A DNA stretch of 64,000 bases from an uncultured Chloroflexia bacterium. Its GTDB lineage: Bacteria; Chloroflexota; UBA6077; JACCZL01. The DNA is taken from the NCBI GenBank assembly GCA_963765765.1, contig CAVXYC010000023.1, forward strand, positions 384,001 to 448,000. Direction: 5' to 3'. Positions 39,761-51,238 of the stretch are shown here, one piece after another. Both the position numbers and the translations under genes were made by a program. Position 1 is the first letter of the stretch; each line of letters opens with the position of its first letter. The notes under the pieces were generated by a model. The model was not told the origin of the DNA. It worked only from the letters and a program-made list of their open reading frames with translations, and searched no databases.

Positions 39761-42390
39761 CTACGTATTCCTTTCGTCTGGCATGGCTCCAATCGTCACT
39801 GTTCCCGCATCGCCATCGACGGTGATCGTCTGGCCATTCTTGATGAATTGCGTGCCCTGGCCTGTGCCCATGACGGCTGGGATACCGTACTCGCGCGCCA
39901 CAATGGAGCCGTGCGCGAGTACGCCGCCGATGTCAGTTACCAGACCGCGGGCGTGGGCGAAGAGCGGCGTCCAGGCCGGTGTGGTGATCGGGCAGACTAG
40001 GATAGTCCCGGGTTGCATTGCGCCAAACTCAGCCGGGGACATGACGACGCTCGCAGGAGCGGTGACTCGACCCGGACTGACCGCAAAGCCTTTGAGAACG
40101 TTGGTCGTTGATTCATTGCGTCGCTGCGTCTCGCGGGCTGAAAGATCGATGACGCCGATGTGGAACTTGTACTCGGGCGGTACCGCGGCGGGCGGATGGA
40201 GCCGCAAGCGGGAGCTCCTCAGGTCTCGTCGATCCCTCGCCGTACGCGCCAGATCGCGGCGTGGTTCGCCACGCGCCCGCGCCGCGATACCGCCCTGCAG
40301 CTCGCTGCAATTGAGATAGAACACGTCATCGGCTTTGTGCAGCGTGCCGGATTCGACCATTCGCCGCCCAAGCTCTAGCGCCATCTTCCGAAGAGTTGGC
40401 CAACCGTAGCCCAGGTAGAAGAGCGCTTCCTCTCTATTGGGCGCGAATCTCCACGCCCAACTCAACAGCCGCTTGAAGATCTTGCGACGAATTGGATCAA
40501 GCGATCTGCTCGTCTCACGAGCTAGAGCGTTGCGCTCCCGCACAATGCGTTGTCGGCGAGTCGTCGTGTCGACGCGTGACTGAGCAGCCATGGCCTTCAG
40601 CGTCACCAGGACTGGAAGTGGGTCGTCCATTTGCGTCGGCTCCACAAAGTCCAGGCTGTAGATCTGGTGACCGTAGCGCGCGAAATAGCTTTTCAGTCCC
40701 TGCATCAGTCGCGTTGCGTCCGCCCGATGTTCCAGCACGGTGAGCAAGTCCTCGGCCGATGCCTCAGAGAACAGCGACTGGAGAGAGCTGGATCGGCGGA
40801 CCTGATCCGCTAGAGATTCGAGCTCTTCTTCGGAATCCAGTGTCTTCGAGGGGAGTCCTCGCAGGAGCTGACTACTATGAAGATTCTTACCAGGTATGAA
40901 CGAAATTAGGAATGAGTCAAGGAGGCTGTCGGTTACTTTGGCCTGACCGATGACCAATGCCGCGTTGAACCAATAGCTGGCGTCTGCCCAGGTGATGCTC
41001 CGGATTCCTTCAAGCAGCATTGCATCATTCGTCTGGCGCGGGTCAAGCGCTTTCCAGCGGTCGACTTCGGCGAGATAGGTCGGGATGGCCTGATCCTTCC
41101 AGGCCGGGACGGCATGTTTGAAGAGCGAAGGCAATCCTCGCGAGAACACCTTCGCGTAGAGGGCCACGGAGTCCCAGCCAATGCGCGTATCCGCGCGCAT
41201 GTATGCGTAGCCGTTGACCGTGATGCACAGCGGCCTATCCAGGAAGGCGCCAAGTGAGACACCCATATCGAGCACGTCCATGACTTGATCGGCCGATCGT
41301 TCAAGCCCCTGACCTAGATAGAGCTCGTCGAACAACGGCGAAAGCGGACCCGGTATGTGCTCTACGATCTGGCGGCGGATCCACTTAGCTCCAGGGATCG
41401 GCGATTCCCATCGCACGTCGCGCAGCGGCGGAGCGGGTAGTCCCGTAATTGGGCGTGACTGCAGTAGCCAGAGTCGACCCTCGGCAAAAGCCCATTCGAT
41501 ATCCTGCGGTACATCATCGAAGTGCTTCTGGAGTCGCATGCCCAGCGTGCCCAGCTCTTTGAGCTGTGCATCGGTCAGCGCACGCTCGGCTTGCTGCGCA
41601 GCACCGACGGTGACCATTTCGGTACCGTCGGTGCTGGTAACGATCTTCTGAGATTTTTCACCGATCTGAACGGTGACGATGGAAAGGTCGTGATTCCTCA
41701 GCGTGTACGTATCCGGCGTCACCTGACCGCCGACTACCGCCTCGCCCAGACCGTAACTGGCATTGACGACTAGCTCGGCTCGGTCGCCGGTGGCGGGGTT
41801 GGCGGTGAACAGGATGCCGGCGACATCGGCTGGCACCATCGCTTGAACGACAACGCCCATCGCCACACCGCGATGATCGATCCCGAGCCGATCGCGATAG
41901 TGAATCGCCCGCTCAGTCCAGAGGGAAGCCCAGCATTTGCGCACCGCGGAGGCGAGCGCGTCGATTCCGCGTACATTGAGAAACGTGTCTTGCTGGCCGG
42001 CGAAGCTTGCCTCTGGAAGGTCCTCGGCGGTTGCCGATGAGCGAACTGCAACAGCCGTATCCCGCCCGACCAGACTGACGTAGGCCATACCCAGTTCCGA
42101 TTGCAGCTCATCTCCGAGGGGTGTTATCTCAATCTTCTTACGCAACGCCGCTATGAGCAATTCTGACGAGTCCTGAGAGCGCTCCGAGAGGACGCGATCG
42201 ACCTCAGTGTCGAGCTTGTTCTCGATCATGAATGCGCGATAGGCACCGGTGGTGACGTGGAAGCCGTCGGGCACAGGAAAGCCGGCCGCGCGTGTGCTGG
42301 CCAGCGACGCGCCCTTGCCGCCAACGCGTTCAATGGTGGCACTGGGATCGTCGAGTGGCAGGAGAAGAGGGGGAGCTGGGTTGCGCTCAT
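39761..42390 (-). CDS. PEP-synthase/rifampin-phosphotransferase-like protein (5' frameshift at G-run 42369-42373)
   Basis: VGGKGASL, VAVRSSATAEDLPEASFAGQQDT, QDIEWA, LQSRPIT; C-terminal swivel domain GGVLAHGSIVAREYGIPAV. Confidence 0.9.
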
Positions 42391-42456
42391 GGGTACTTCG
42401 AGTGCGTGGAGTGGTCTATCGACCCTTCACCTATAGATTAATCCTCTCCCCGTCAG

Positions 42457-42498
42457 AAGCCACGAAGGAGCGCGGAAATCCGCGCCCCTTCGTGGCTT
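42457..42498 (-). terminator. Hairpin downstream of the DoxX gene
   Basis: AAGCCACGAAGGAGCGCGG-AAAT-CCGCGCCCCTTCGTGGCTT. Confidence 0.7.
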
Positions 42499-42500
42499 GA

Positions 42501-43028
42501 CTAGGCTGCTCGCTGGAGCTCTGATCCCGCTTCACTCTCGGCGGGCGCTCTGGTCGCAAGCGCTGCAATCACTCCGCCGATGGCCAGCACCAGCGTAACG
42601 ATGAGCGTTTCGGGCATGGGAAGCGAGATACCGAGCGCAGCGTCCAGGGACCATGCCCCCGGGCCGCTTATGGCTACCGTCAGCGAAGCGGCGATGAGGA
42701 CGAGCAGGTATTCGAGGCCGCCGTCCTGAGCCCAGAAGCGGGGCCAGTGCGCCAGGATGATGGCGATCAGCATGGCCGCGATGATGCTGACTGAGCCGAG
42801 CGGATTCAGGAGGCCAAGAGCGAGAAGCAGGCCACCACCCGCTTCACTCAATCCGGCCAGAAAAGCCCAGAACTTGCCCGGCCGCAACCGGAATTGATTC
42901 TCAAAGAAGCCGCCCACACCGACCAGGCCATAGCCTCCGAACCAACCAAAGAGCTTCTGAGCGCCATGACCGAACATGAGCGCGCCAATCACGAGACGCA
43001 ATAGAAGCATCCCCAGGTCGTACGACAT
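42501..43028 (-). CDS. DoxX family membrane protein
   Basis: LLLRLVIG...HGAQKLFGWFGG...GGLEY...GPGAWSLD. Confidence 0.9.
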   Translation of the reverse strand: MSYDLGMLLLRLVIGALMFGHGAQKLFGWFGGYGLVGVGGFFENQFRLRPGKFWAFLAGLSEAGGGLLLALGLLNPLGSVSIIAAMLIAIILAHWPRFWAQDGGLEYLLVLIAASLTVAISGPGAWSLDAALGISLPMPETLIVTLVLAIGGVIAALATRAPAESEAGSELQRAA

Positions 43029-43138
43029 CGTTTCCTCCGCGGCGAGATCGAATGAACGATTCTTGGCTGATCTCGCTATAGTAGCTATATAAACAGTAGT
43101 TACTTGAAGAATATTCCCGGGCAGAGGACAATGTGCGT

Positions 43139-43495
43139 ATGACGGATCACGGAGAAGTTGGCGAGCTGTGCGTCGTCTATCACCGGGCAATTGAGCTGCT
43201 TGGTCGACGTTGGACCGGCGCCATCTTGCAGATCATGCTCGGTGGCACGCATCGCTTCAATGACATCGCGGCCGCCATCCCCGGCCTAACCGATCGCATG
43301 TTGTCTGAGCGACTCAAGGAGCTCGAGGCTGAGGGTATGATCACCCGCACCGTGATCCCTGATACGCCCGTCCGTGTTGAATACCGTCTCACGGAAAAGG
43401 GCGCCTCGGTGGGCCCGATCGTGCAAGCCATCGGCGTCTGGGCGCATGAGTGGCTGGCGGATGAATCGGAGTCAGTGCCTGCTGGGCACCGTTAG
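43139..43495 (+). CDS. HxlR family winged-helix regulator
   Basis: C.VYHRAIELLGRRW, MLSERLKELE, PVRVEYRLTEKG; divergent from DoxX. Confidence 0.9.
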   Translation: MTDHGEVGELCVVYHRAIELLGRRWTGAILQIMLGGTHRFNDIAAAIPGLTDRMLSERLKELEAEGMITRTVIPDTPVRVEYRLTEKGASVGPIVQAIGVWAHEWLADESESVPAGHR

Positions 43496-43601
43496 CGAAC
43501 ATAGGAGGAAGGCAGGAATACCTGCCTACTTCATAAGTCCGTGGCCTGATATCTCCATGACATGAAGTCGAAAATCGGTTCTTGAGGTCCCTGCGTTCCT
43601 T

Positions 43602-43937
43602 TCACGACACCGCCGTACCGGGCGGTACGTCGCGATCCGGGGTGAGCAATGAGAACTCCTCGCCCTCGGCTCGTCCGCCGGCGGCGAGGAGCATGCCCTG
43701 GCTCTCAATGCCGCGGATCTTCGCCGGCTCGAGATTGGCGACGATCACGATCGAGCGTCCCACGAGGTCTTCAGGCGCGCGGAAGTTGGCGATGCCTGAG
43801 ACGATTGTTCGTTGTTCTGAGCCGAGATCGATGCTCAGCTTGAGCAGCCGATCCGTTCCCTCAACCCGTTCCGCGGATAGGACCTTCGCAACCCGCAGGT
43901 CCAGTGTTTTGAATTGGTCGATGCTTATGGTTTCCAT
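43602..43937 (-). CDS. Stand-alone tRNA-binding domain (MetRS C-terminal/Trbp111/CsaA family)
   Basis: LDLRVAKVL, RTIVSGI, VANLEPAKIRGIESQGMLLAA; AAAGGAG RBS. Confidence 0.9.
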   Translation of the reverse strand: METISIDQFKTLDLRVAKVLSAERVEGTDRLLKLSIDLGSEQRTIVSGIANFRAPEDLVGRSIVIVANLEPAKIRGIESQGMLLAAGGRAEGEEFSLLTPDRDVPPGTAVS

Positions 43938-43949
43938 TGTGTCTCCTTT

Positions 43950-44042
43950 GTAGAGCGGGCGTCCCTGCCCTCCCCGGTGGCAGTCAGGACGCGTGGAGCT
44001 AAACGACTGTCCCCCGCCGGCGGGGCAGGGACTCCCCTCTAG
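43950..44042. repeat. Degenerate inverted REP pair
   Basis: GTAGAGCGGGCGTCCCTGCCC and inverted GGGGCAGGGACTCCCCTCTAG. Confidence 0.55.
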
Positions 44043-44059
44043 AGCAATGCGCAGGGCGT

Positions 44060-44847
44060 CTAAAGCGACTTCACCGCCCCGCCATCCACGACGATGACCT
44101 GCCCGGTCACGTAGCTGGCCTTCTCCGAACAAAGGAATACCGCCACGTTCGCCAGCTCTTCCGGTGTTCCGAGGCGACCCATTGGTATCGCTGCGACGCT
44201 GGCCGCGCGGACTTCCTCGACGGTTTTGCCCAATCGTTCGGCGTTGGCCGCGTCGGTGTGATTCAGGCGTTCGGTGGCAATGCGGCCCGGCGCGATCACG
44301 TTCACGGTGATGCCTTCTTTCGCAATCTCGTTTGAAAGAGACTTAGAAAGGCCGACCACGCCGGGGCGCACGCCGTTGGAAAGAATCAAGCCTTCGATCG
44401 GCTGCTTCACCGAACTGGAGGCGAGTGTCAGCAGACGACCCCATCCGCGCTCCTTCATCGAAGGTAAAACCGCGCGGTAGAGACGCACGGTGCTGAGAAG
44501 GTTTAGCTCGAAGGCCCGCTGCCAGGCTGCGTCGTCGAACATGTCGAACTGCCCCGCCGGCGGGCCACCGGCATTGTTGAACAGGATGTCGATCTGTCCC
44601 CACTTCGCCAGTGTCTGGTCTACGACACGCTGGATGTCCTCGGGGTTCGTGACATCCGCCGTCAGCGGTAAAAGCTCCGCGCTCGTCGCGCGCGAATCTC
44701 ATCGGCCGCCGCGTCGATGCTCGTCTGATCGCGTGAGAACATCGCCACCTTTGCGCCCTCTGCAGCAAGCCCGGCGGCGACGGCTTTTCCTATACCTTTG
44801 CTCGATGCCGCGACGATCGCGACCCGGCCGGCGAGTCCTAGATCCAT
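44060..44847 (-). CDS. Short-chain dehydrogenase/reductase (frameshifted near 44690)
   Basis: MDLGLAGRVAIVAASSKGIG, NNAGGPP, VNVIAPGRIAT, YVTGQVIVVDGG. Confidence 0.9.
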
Positions 44848-44866
44848 GTCAATCCATCCCCTCGAG

Positions 44867-44965
44867 TGAATGAAGAATTAAGAATGCAGAATGCAGAAGA
44901 TCTAGGTTGTCCGCCAAAGGTGACCGACATCGCTCAGCTTCATTCTGCATTCTAATTCTTCATTT
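44867..44965. repeat. Inverted arrays of heptamer tandem repeats (AGAATGC-type)
   Basis: TGAATGA AGAATTA AGAATGC AGAATGC ... TCATTCT GCATTCT AATTCT TCATTT; includes the MarR stop codon. Confidence 0.8.
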
Positions 44966-45400
44966 CCTAAGCACGTCCTCGATTACTTCCGCCGCTCTTC
45001 CTAGCAGCGCGATCTCGGAGGCCGGCAATCCTCTTAATAGCAATGCGAGCTGTTCTATGCGCCGACCTCGACCACGCTCCAGCACAGTCTTGCCATTCGG
45101 CGTGATGTGAATCCACTGCACGCGGCCATCCCCCTCATCAGCAATACGCTCAACGAGCCGGGCGCGCTCGAGCGCCGCGACGATTCGCGACATGGTCGGC
45201 CGCGAGACTTGCTCAGCGGTCGCGAGTCCGCTTAGCGTTTGCGGACCGCCAAATCCCACGACGGAAAGCGCCGAGAGTCGGGCGGCGCTGAGGCCCAGTG
45301 CCTCGTCTTCTTTGCGCAATCGCCGAAGCAGGTGAATGGCAGCCGAGTTGAGCGCCGACGCTACCTGCTCAGTCTGCGAAACAGGGCCGGGCTCGTTCAT
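44960..45400 (-). CDS. MarR family regulator
   Basis: LSAARLSALS, EQVSRPTMSRIV, DGRV. Confidence 0.9.
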   Translation of the reverse strand: MNEPGPVSQTEQVASALNSAAIHLLRRLRKEDEALGLSAARLSALSVVGFGGPQTLSGLATAEQVSRPTMSRIVAALERARLVERIADEGDGRVQWIHITPNGKTVLERGRGRRIEQLALLLRGLPASEIALLGRAAEVIEDVLRK

Positions 45401-45501
45401 TGCACCATTACTCGCTCGGGCGTATAGTTGTCTATGCTAAGTAGTTTCAATAAACCCATGATCTACGAAGGCAAGGTGCCTCTTCAATCGGGAGGATACA
45501 C

Positions 45502-45897
45502 ATGACCGACGCTGTACCGGGACCATCGCGCATCGGCCAGATCGCAATCAATATCAAGGACCTGGATCGCGCGGTCGCCTTCTATCGCGACGTGCTCGGC
45601 CTCACGTTTCTCTTCCAGGCGCCGCCCTCCTTGGCATTCTTCGACTGCGGTGGCGTGAGACTCATGTTGAGCCCGCCAGAAGGACCTGAGCACGATCATC
45701 CTTCATCGGTCATCTACTATGTTGTAGATGACATCCACGCCGCCCATGCGGACGTCGTTGGACGCGGCGCGGAATCGGTGGGAGAGCCTCACCTTCTCGC
45801 GAAAATGCCAGATCATGACCTCTGGATGGCGTTCGTCAACGACACGGAGGGAAATGTGGTTGGCCTCATGAACGAGGTCCGGCCTCCCGCGGCGTAG
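45502..45897 (+). CDS. VOC/glyoxalase family protein
   Basis: IGQIAINIKDLDRAVAFYRDVLGL, DTEGN. Confidence 0.9.
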   Translation: MTDAVPGPSRIGQIAINIKDLDRAVAFYRDVLGLTFLFQAPPSLAFFDCGGVRLMLSPPEGPEHDHPSSVIYYVVDDIHAAHADVVGRGAESVGEPHLLAKMPDHDLWMAFVNDTEGNVVGLMNEVRPPAA

Positions 45898-46029
45898 CGG
45901 AGTCACTTTGGACTGCGGCGGTCTTCGCCGCTTTCAGCGAGGCTGGAAGCCGACCTCCGTGTCGCTCCGCTCGGTGGGAAAGCGGCGAAGACCGCCGCAG
46001 TCCAAAATTGGATCGAATGGACTTGTCTT

Positions 46030-47088
46030 TTGCCAACCCTCACCGCTGCTGAGCTGACAGCCTTCGCCACCACTCTCCTGGAGCAGGCCGGCGTATCGCC
46101 CGCACACGCCGCTATCGTAAGCCGCTCGCTGGTGGACGCCAACCTCGCCGGGTATGACAGCCACGGCGTTCAGCGACTGCTTACCATGTTGCGGGCGATC
46201 AGGCAGGGTCGAGTGAAACTGGACGCGGAGCCGTTCATCCTGCGCGATACGCCGGTCGTGGCCGTAGTGGATGGTGACTGGACCTTCGGCCAGGTCGGCG
46301 CGCGGTTCACCGCAGAGCTGGCGGTGAGGAAAGCTCGTGAGTCGGGGTTGGCAGCGGCCTCGCTCGTGCGCAGTCATCACACAGGTCGTATGGCCGAATG
46401 GGTGGAGATTGGCGCCCAGGCCGGGTTGTTCACCATGGCCGTCACGGCCACCGGCAATGACCTTTCCGCGGTTGTTCCCACCGGTGCCATCACCGGTGCG
46501 CTCGGTACAAACCCCATGGGCTGGGGCATTCCGCGCCCGAATGGTGAGCCGCCGATCATTGTGGATTTCTCTACTGGCGCCACGTCCATTGGAAACGTCC
46601 AGCTCGCCAGAGCGCGCGGCGAGCTTCTTCCCGAGGGGCTGATCGTCGATAGCTCCGGGGAGCCTTCCAATGACCCATCTGATTTCTTCAACGGCGGCTC
46701 CATTCTGCCGATGGGCGGTCACAAGGGCTACGCGCTCTCTGTAGTTATCGAGATGCTGGCAATCGCCCTGGGCGGCGGTGATCAAGTACCCACCGACCAG
46801 CATTCGCAATCCCTGCTCATCATCTGCATCGACCCGGACGCGTTCTGGCCGAATGGAGAATGGGCACCGACGGTGGAGCGCATCGTTGAGCGCATCACCT
46901 CCACGCCCACGGTGTCCGACGTGGAGCGTGTGCTCTTGCCCGGAGAGCGCTCCGCGGCAGTTCGGGCGCAGCGCACGCGAGAAGGCATCCCGATTCCGGA
47001 CGCCACCTGGGAAGCTCTCCAGGGCGCTTCTGATGGTGGCGCTCAGTCCACCATCGAGGGGCGCCGACGAGCGATGGACCGCGGCTAA
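46030..47088 (+). CDS. Ldh_2 (type 2 malate/L-lactate dehydrogenase) family oxidoreductase
   Basis: GYDSHGV, HHTGRM, LGTNP, GGHKGYAL, LPGE. Confidence 0.9.
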   Translation: MPTLTAAELTAFATTLLEQAGVSPAHAAIVSRSLVDANLAGYDSHGVQRLLTMLRAIRQGRVKLDAEPFILRDTPVVAVVDGDWTFGQVGARFTAELAVRKARESGLAAASLVRSHHTGRMAEWVEIGAQAGLFTMAVTATGNDLSAVVPTGAITGALGTNPMGWGIPRPNGEPPIIVDFSTGATSIGNVQLARARGELLPEGLIVDSSGEPSNDPSDFFNGGSILPMGGHKGYALSVVIEMLAIALGGGDQVPTDQHSQSLLIICIDPDAFWPNGEWAPTVERIVERITSTPTVSDVERVLLPGERSAAVRAQRTREGIPIPDATWEALQGASDGGAQSTIEGRRRAMDRG

Positions 47089-47246
47089 GGCCGTCGACCC
47101 GCCTCGATCTCGCAACTTCCTCGAGCCGAACCGCGTCGAACCCGGCAGAGCCCGAGGCGTCTGTCGAGTCCCGCTCTCGGGCTCGTGTTTCGCGTGACCT
47201 GTGCTGGATATGACCGACAAGACAGAGCGCCGCTGCGAGGAGCACC

Positions 47247-48150
47247 ATGCCTACACATCGACCGTTTCGATTCGGCGTCGTAGCGTCACAGGCACAATCG
47301 GCTGATGAATGGATTGCGAAGGCGCGCCGCGTCGAGTCGATGGGCTTCGCCACGCTGGTCATGCCCGACGTGCTGGAGCATGTGCCGGCGGTATTCCCGG
47401 CGCTGGCGGTGGCCGCGACTGCGACGACCCGGCTTCGTGTCGGAACCTATGTACTGGCGAACGACTACCGCAACCCGCTCATGACGGCGCGTGAGGCGAG
47501 CACCCTTGATTTGTTATCGGGTGGGCGGTTCGAGCTGGGTATGGGCGCCGGCCGCCCGGCTCAGACGCCGACTACAAAAAGCTCGGGATTCCATTCGAAT
47601 CGCCCGGGCGCCGCATCGAGCGGCTTGAAGAAAGTCTCGGGGCTATCAAAGCGCTGTTCCATGGCGAGACGATCGCTCAGAATGGACAGCATTACACCCT
47701 GTCGGAAAGCACGCTATTTCCCCGGCCCGCCCAGCAGCCGCATCCACCGATTCTCGATTGCCGGAACCGCCAGGCGCATCCTGACCCTGGCCGGGCGAGA
47801 GGCTGACATTGTCGGAATTGGTGGTCGGCCCAATGAAGCCGCCGACGCCGTTGAGGAAAAAATCCAGTGGGTGCGTGACGGGGCCGGAGGTCGTTTCGAT
47901 CAAATTGAGCTCAATGCCAACCTCATGGCCGTGGGTGACCGCGTGCATCCTCAAGCGCTTCAGTGGCTGGGAATGGACGAGGCCGAAGTCCGGCGCTCGG
48001 AATCGCCATTTATCCTGCTGGGCAGCGCCGAACGAAATGGCCGACAAGCTCGAGGCGCGCCGCGAATCGCTAGGGTTCTCCTACCTCCTCGTGTCCGAAA
48101 GCTTTCTCGAGCCATTCGCGCCGGTTGTGGAACGGCTAACTGGTCGATAG
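47247..48150 (+). CDS. LLM-class, probably F420-dependent, oxidoreductase (several frameshifts)
   Basis: RPFRFGV, LRVGTYVLANDYRNP, LSGGRFELGMGAG, LAGREADIV, FAPVVERLTGR in a last frame. Confidence 0.85.
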
Positions 48151-48357
48151 CCGAACGCTATTCGCCCTGAGCTGATTGCTCAGGTGGCGCGTTCACGCGG
48201 TCAGGCAGCGTGATGAGTACATCCGTTTCCTGATCGGGAAGACTGGTGCGGAGCCGCTGGACAGGCACAGACGCCTGTCCCATCAGTGTCGCCGCTCCAC
48301 ACGCGCACTCCCGAGCGCCTCTGCTATGCTGCACCTCATCTCGGGAGGTGGGCCAGT

Positions 48358-50001
48358 ATGGAGTGGATGACGGGCGGCGAGGCGCTGGTTCGATCGCTCA
48401 AAGCCAACGGCGTGCGCGTCATATTTGGACTTCCCGGGGTTCAGCTTTACGGCGTCATGGCCGCGCTGCGCGACGAGCCTTCGATCCGATTCATCAATAC
48501 GCGCAACGAGCAGGCAACCACCTACATGGCCGATGGCTATGCGCGCTCCAGCGGTCATGTCGGCGTAGCGTTCGTCGTCCCCGGCCAGGGAATCCTGAAT
48601 GCCTCTACCGGACTCAGCACCGCTTATGCGGCGTCTTCTCCCGTACTGCTGATAGCTGGCCAGGTTCCACGCGGGCAGATCGGCAAGAAGATGGGCTTGC
48701 TGCATGAGATCGACGATCAGCAAGGCGCCATTGCCAGTATCACCAAGTGGCGGCAGCGTGCCACCGAGGTAGAAGAAGTGCCGGCCATGGTGCGTGACGC
48801 GTTCAGTCAATTGCTGAGCGGACGACCCCGTCCGGTCGAGATCGAGATGCCGCCCGAGACGATGGAGGATGATGGCGAAGCTGAGCTGGTGGGACCCGCC
48901 ACGTTCGGTAGGCAGGCTGCCTCCGAGAGCGACATCCACCACGCAGCCGAAACGCTTCTACGGGCAGATCGAGTGATGATCTATGCTGGCGGCGGAGCCA
49001 TTGGCTCGAACGCGGGTGAGGTAATCGCGGCATTGGCGAAGCACCTTCAGGCTGGCATCGCCACTTCGCCCGAGGGCAAAGGCATCATTGATGAGCGCAG
49101 CGAGCTGTCGTTGGGCTCCGGCGTCTTTCCCACCTCCGCGTTGAACGCCTACGGCGCCACCTGCGATGTCATTCTGGCCGTGGGCACGCGTCTGGTGCGG
49201 CCGCCATTCGGTCCGGATCAGCGTGTCATTCACGTGGATATTGATGCTGACGAGATGGGTCGGCAGCATGCCAATACGATGCCGCTCATTGGCGACGCGC
49301 GGCTCACACTCGAGAAGCTACTGGAGCACGTGCGGGATGGCGGTACACCACGCGCATCGCGCTCGGAAGAGCGAGCCGCTGTGCGCGAGGCTGTGGCGTC
49401 GGCCGACACGCGCGAGCCGAACTCGTCCATCACGAAGAGCCTGCGAGCCGGTACTCCTGAAGACGCCATCGTGATCGCCGGGATGACGCAGATCGGCTAC
49501 TACTCGCGCACGTTCTGGCCCGCCTACGCGCCGCGTACCTATCTGACCTCTAGCTACTCCGGGAATCTCGGCTTCGAGTGGCCAACGGCCCTGGGCGCCA
49601 AGGTGGCCAATCCGGACACGCCGGTGATCGCCATCGTGGGTGATGGCGGCTTCCTGTACAACGCCAACGAGATGGCCACGGCCGTGCAGCACGGTATCAA
49701 CGCCGTGGCCGTGGTCTTCAATGACGGTGCCTACGGCAATGTGGCGCGCGACCTGGACGAGGAATGGGGTGGTAGCTACGGCGCCGACCTACAAAACCCC
49801 GACTTTGTAAAGCTGGCCGACGCCTACGGCGCTCTTGGCCTGCGAGCCGAGCAGCCGACGGATGTCGGCCGCCTGGTGCAGGAAGCGCTGCAGGCCAACC
49901 GCCCGGCCATCGTGGAAGTTCCGGTCCCGCGTATGGCTCGGCCCGTGACCTTCGCCGGCGGTCGCAAACCCGTGCGCCATCCCTCACGGAGCGGAAGTTG
50001 A
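48358..50001 (+). CDS. Thiamine-diphosphate-dependent enzyme (acetolactate synthase-like)
   Basis: IFGLPGVQ, RNEQ, GDGGFLY...VFND ThDP motif. Confidence 0.92.
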   Translation: MEWMTGGEALVRSLKANGVRVIFGLPGVQLYGVMAALRDEPSIRFINTRNEQATTYMADGYARSSGHVGVAFVVPGQGILNASTGLSTAYAASSPVLLIAGQVPRGQIGKKMGLLHEIDDQQGAIASITKWRQRATEVEEVPAMVRDAFSQLLSGRPRPVEIEMPPETMEDDGEAELVGPATFGRQAASESDIHHAAETLLRADRVMIYAGGGAIGSNAGEVIAALAKHLQAGIATSPEGKGIIDERSELSLGSGVFPTSALNAYGATCDVILAVGTRLVRPPFGPDQRVIHVDIDADEMGRQHANTMPLIGDARLTLEKLLEHVRDGGTPRASRSEERAAVREAVASADTREPNSSITKSLRAGTPEDAIVIAGMTQIGYYSRTFWPAYAPRTYLTSSYSGNLGFEWPTALGAKVANPDTPVIAIVGDGGFLYNANEMATAVQHGINAVAVVFNDGAYGNVARDLDEEWGGSYGADLQNPDFVKLADAYGALGLRAEQPTDVGRLVQEALQANRPAIVEVPVPRMARPVTFAGGRKPVRHPSRSGS

Positions 50002-50003
50002 CG

Positions 50004-50160
50004 ATGCTTGTAGTGAGCGCTTCAGCGCTTTTCCGGCGAACACCTCAAGCCAGCACAGCGATGCGGCCGACGGATTCATGAGTGGGCCGAACGTGGCCGG
50101 ATCCAGTGGTCTATGCCGATGCGTTCGCCGAAAAAGCGCTAAAGCGCTCACTACAAGCAT
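50004..50160. repeat. Inverted REP doublet (REPIN-like)
   Basis: ATGCTTGTAGTGAGCGCTTCAGCGCTTTTCCGGCGAAC (50004-50041) pairs with GTTCGCCGAAAAAGCGCTAAAGCGCTCACTACAAGCAT (50123-50160). Confidence 0.9.
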
Positions 50161-50175
50161 TGCGACGCCGCAATC

Positions 50176-51165
50176 ATGAAAACCCTCATCGTCGACCTCA
50201 CCGAGCGCCTCGAGATGGTTGCGCTGCCCATACCGGAAGAGCTCGAGGCAACGTATTCCGACTGGACGACACTGGCGGACCTGGCTCCCAGACTGGCCGA
50301 CGCCGAGGCGCTGTTTTGCACGCCGCTCGTGCCGATTGACACGGAATTTCTAAACGCAGCGCCAAAGCTACGCGTCATCCAGCTCCAGAGTGCCGGGTAC
50401 GACAAGGTTGACCTGGCAGCCACGCGGGCACGCGGCATTCCCGTGTCTCACGCACCCAATGCCAACGGCGCTACGGTGGCCGAGCACGTCTTCATGGTCA
50501 GCATGGCGCTCCAGCGACAGCTCTTCGACTCGCATCGGAGCATCGTTGAAGGCAAGTACCAGGACATGAAGTGGGCCATCATGCGCCACGGCAATTTCGA
50601 GCTGATGTCCAAGACACTCGGGATCGTGGGATTCGGCCGGATTGGTCGGCAGGTGGCCAAGCGCGCCGCCGCGTTCGACATGCAGACGATCTACTACGAC
50701 ATCGTTCGCGCGAGTCCCGAGGACGAAGAGCGCTTCCAGGTGACTTACTGCGACACGATGGATGAAGTGCTCCGTCGTGCGGACATCCTCACGGTTCACA
50801 CGATCCTGGACGAGTCCACCTACCACCTTATCGGCGAGGAGGAGCTGTCCATGGTGAAGCCCTCCGTGCTGGTGCTCAACGCGGCGCGCGGTCCCGTGGT
50901 GGATCCCGCGGCACTGGCGGATGCGCTGAAATCGGGACGCGTGGCCGGCGCGGCAGTGGACGTCTTCGAGACGGAGCCCGCCCCCGCGGACGACCCGCTG
51001 GTACAGCTCGCGAAATCCGGCTTCGAGCGGCTCATTCTCACACCGCACGTGGCCGGCATCACCGATGCGGCGCAATACCGCGCGCTGAAGCACGCCCTGG
51101 AGAACCTGGTGCGGTTCACGCGGGGCGAGAAGCTGCTGGATGTCTGTAACGGAGTCACGCAGTGA
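50176..51165 (+). CDS. D-isomer-specific 2-hydroxyacid dehydrogenase
   Basis: GIVGFGRIG, NAARG, DVFETEP, TPHVAG. Confidence 0.95.
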   Translation: MKTLIVDLTERLEMVALPIPEELEATYSDWTTLADLAPRLADAEALFCTPLVPIDTEFLNAAPKLRVIQLQSAGYDKVDLAATRARGIPVSHAPNANGATVAEHVFMVSMALQRQLFDSHRSIVEGKYQDMKWAIMRHGNFELMSKTLGIVGFGRIGRQVAKRAAAFDMQTIYYDIVRASPEDEERFQVTYCDTMDEVLRRADILTVHTILDESTYHLIGEEELSMVKPSVLVLNAARGPVVDPAALADALKSGRVAGAAVDVFETEPAPADDPLVQLAKSGFERLILTPHVAGITDAAQYRALKHALENLVRFTRGEKLLDVCNGVTQ

Positions 51166-51238
51166 TCCCGAACCAGCGTGACCGGTTCTCACCCGCCGAA
51201 TTCTCGGTATCTAGAAAACAAACTATCGACGCGGCATC

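Noticed and set aside
45934-47220. Long antisense ORFs (also 35079..36029, 50368..51192, 51155..52330)
   Set aside because: Shadow frames of high-GC genes on the opposite strand, with no recognisable motifs.
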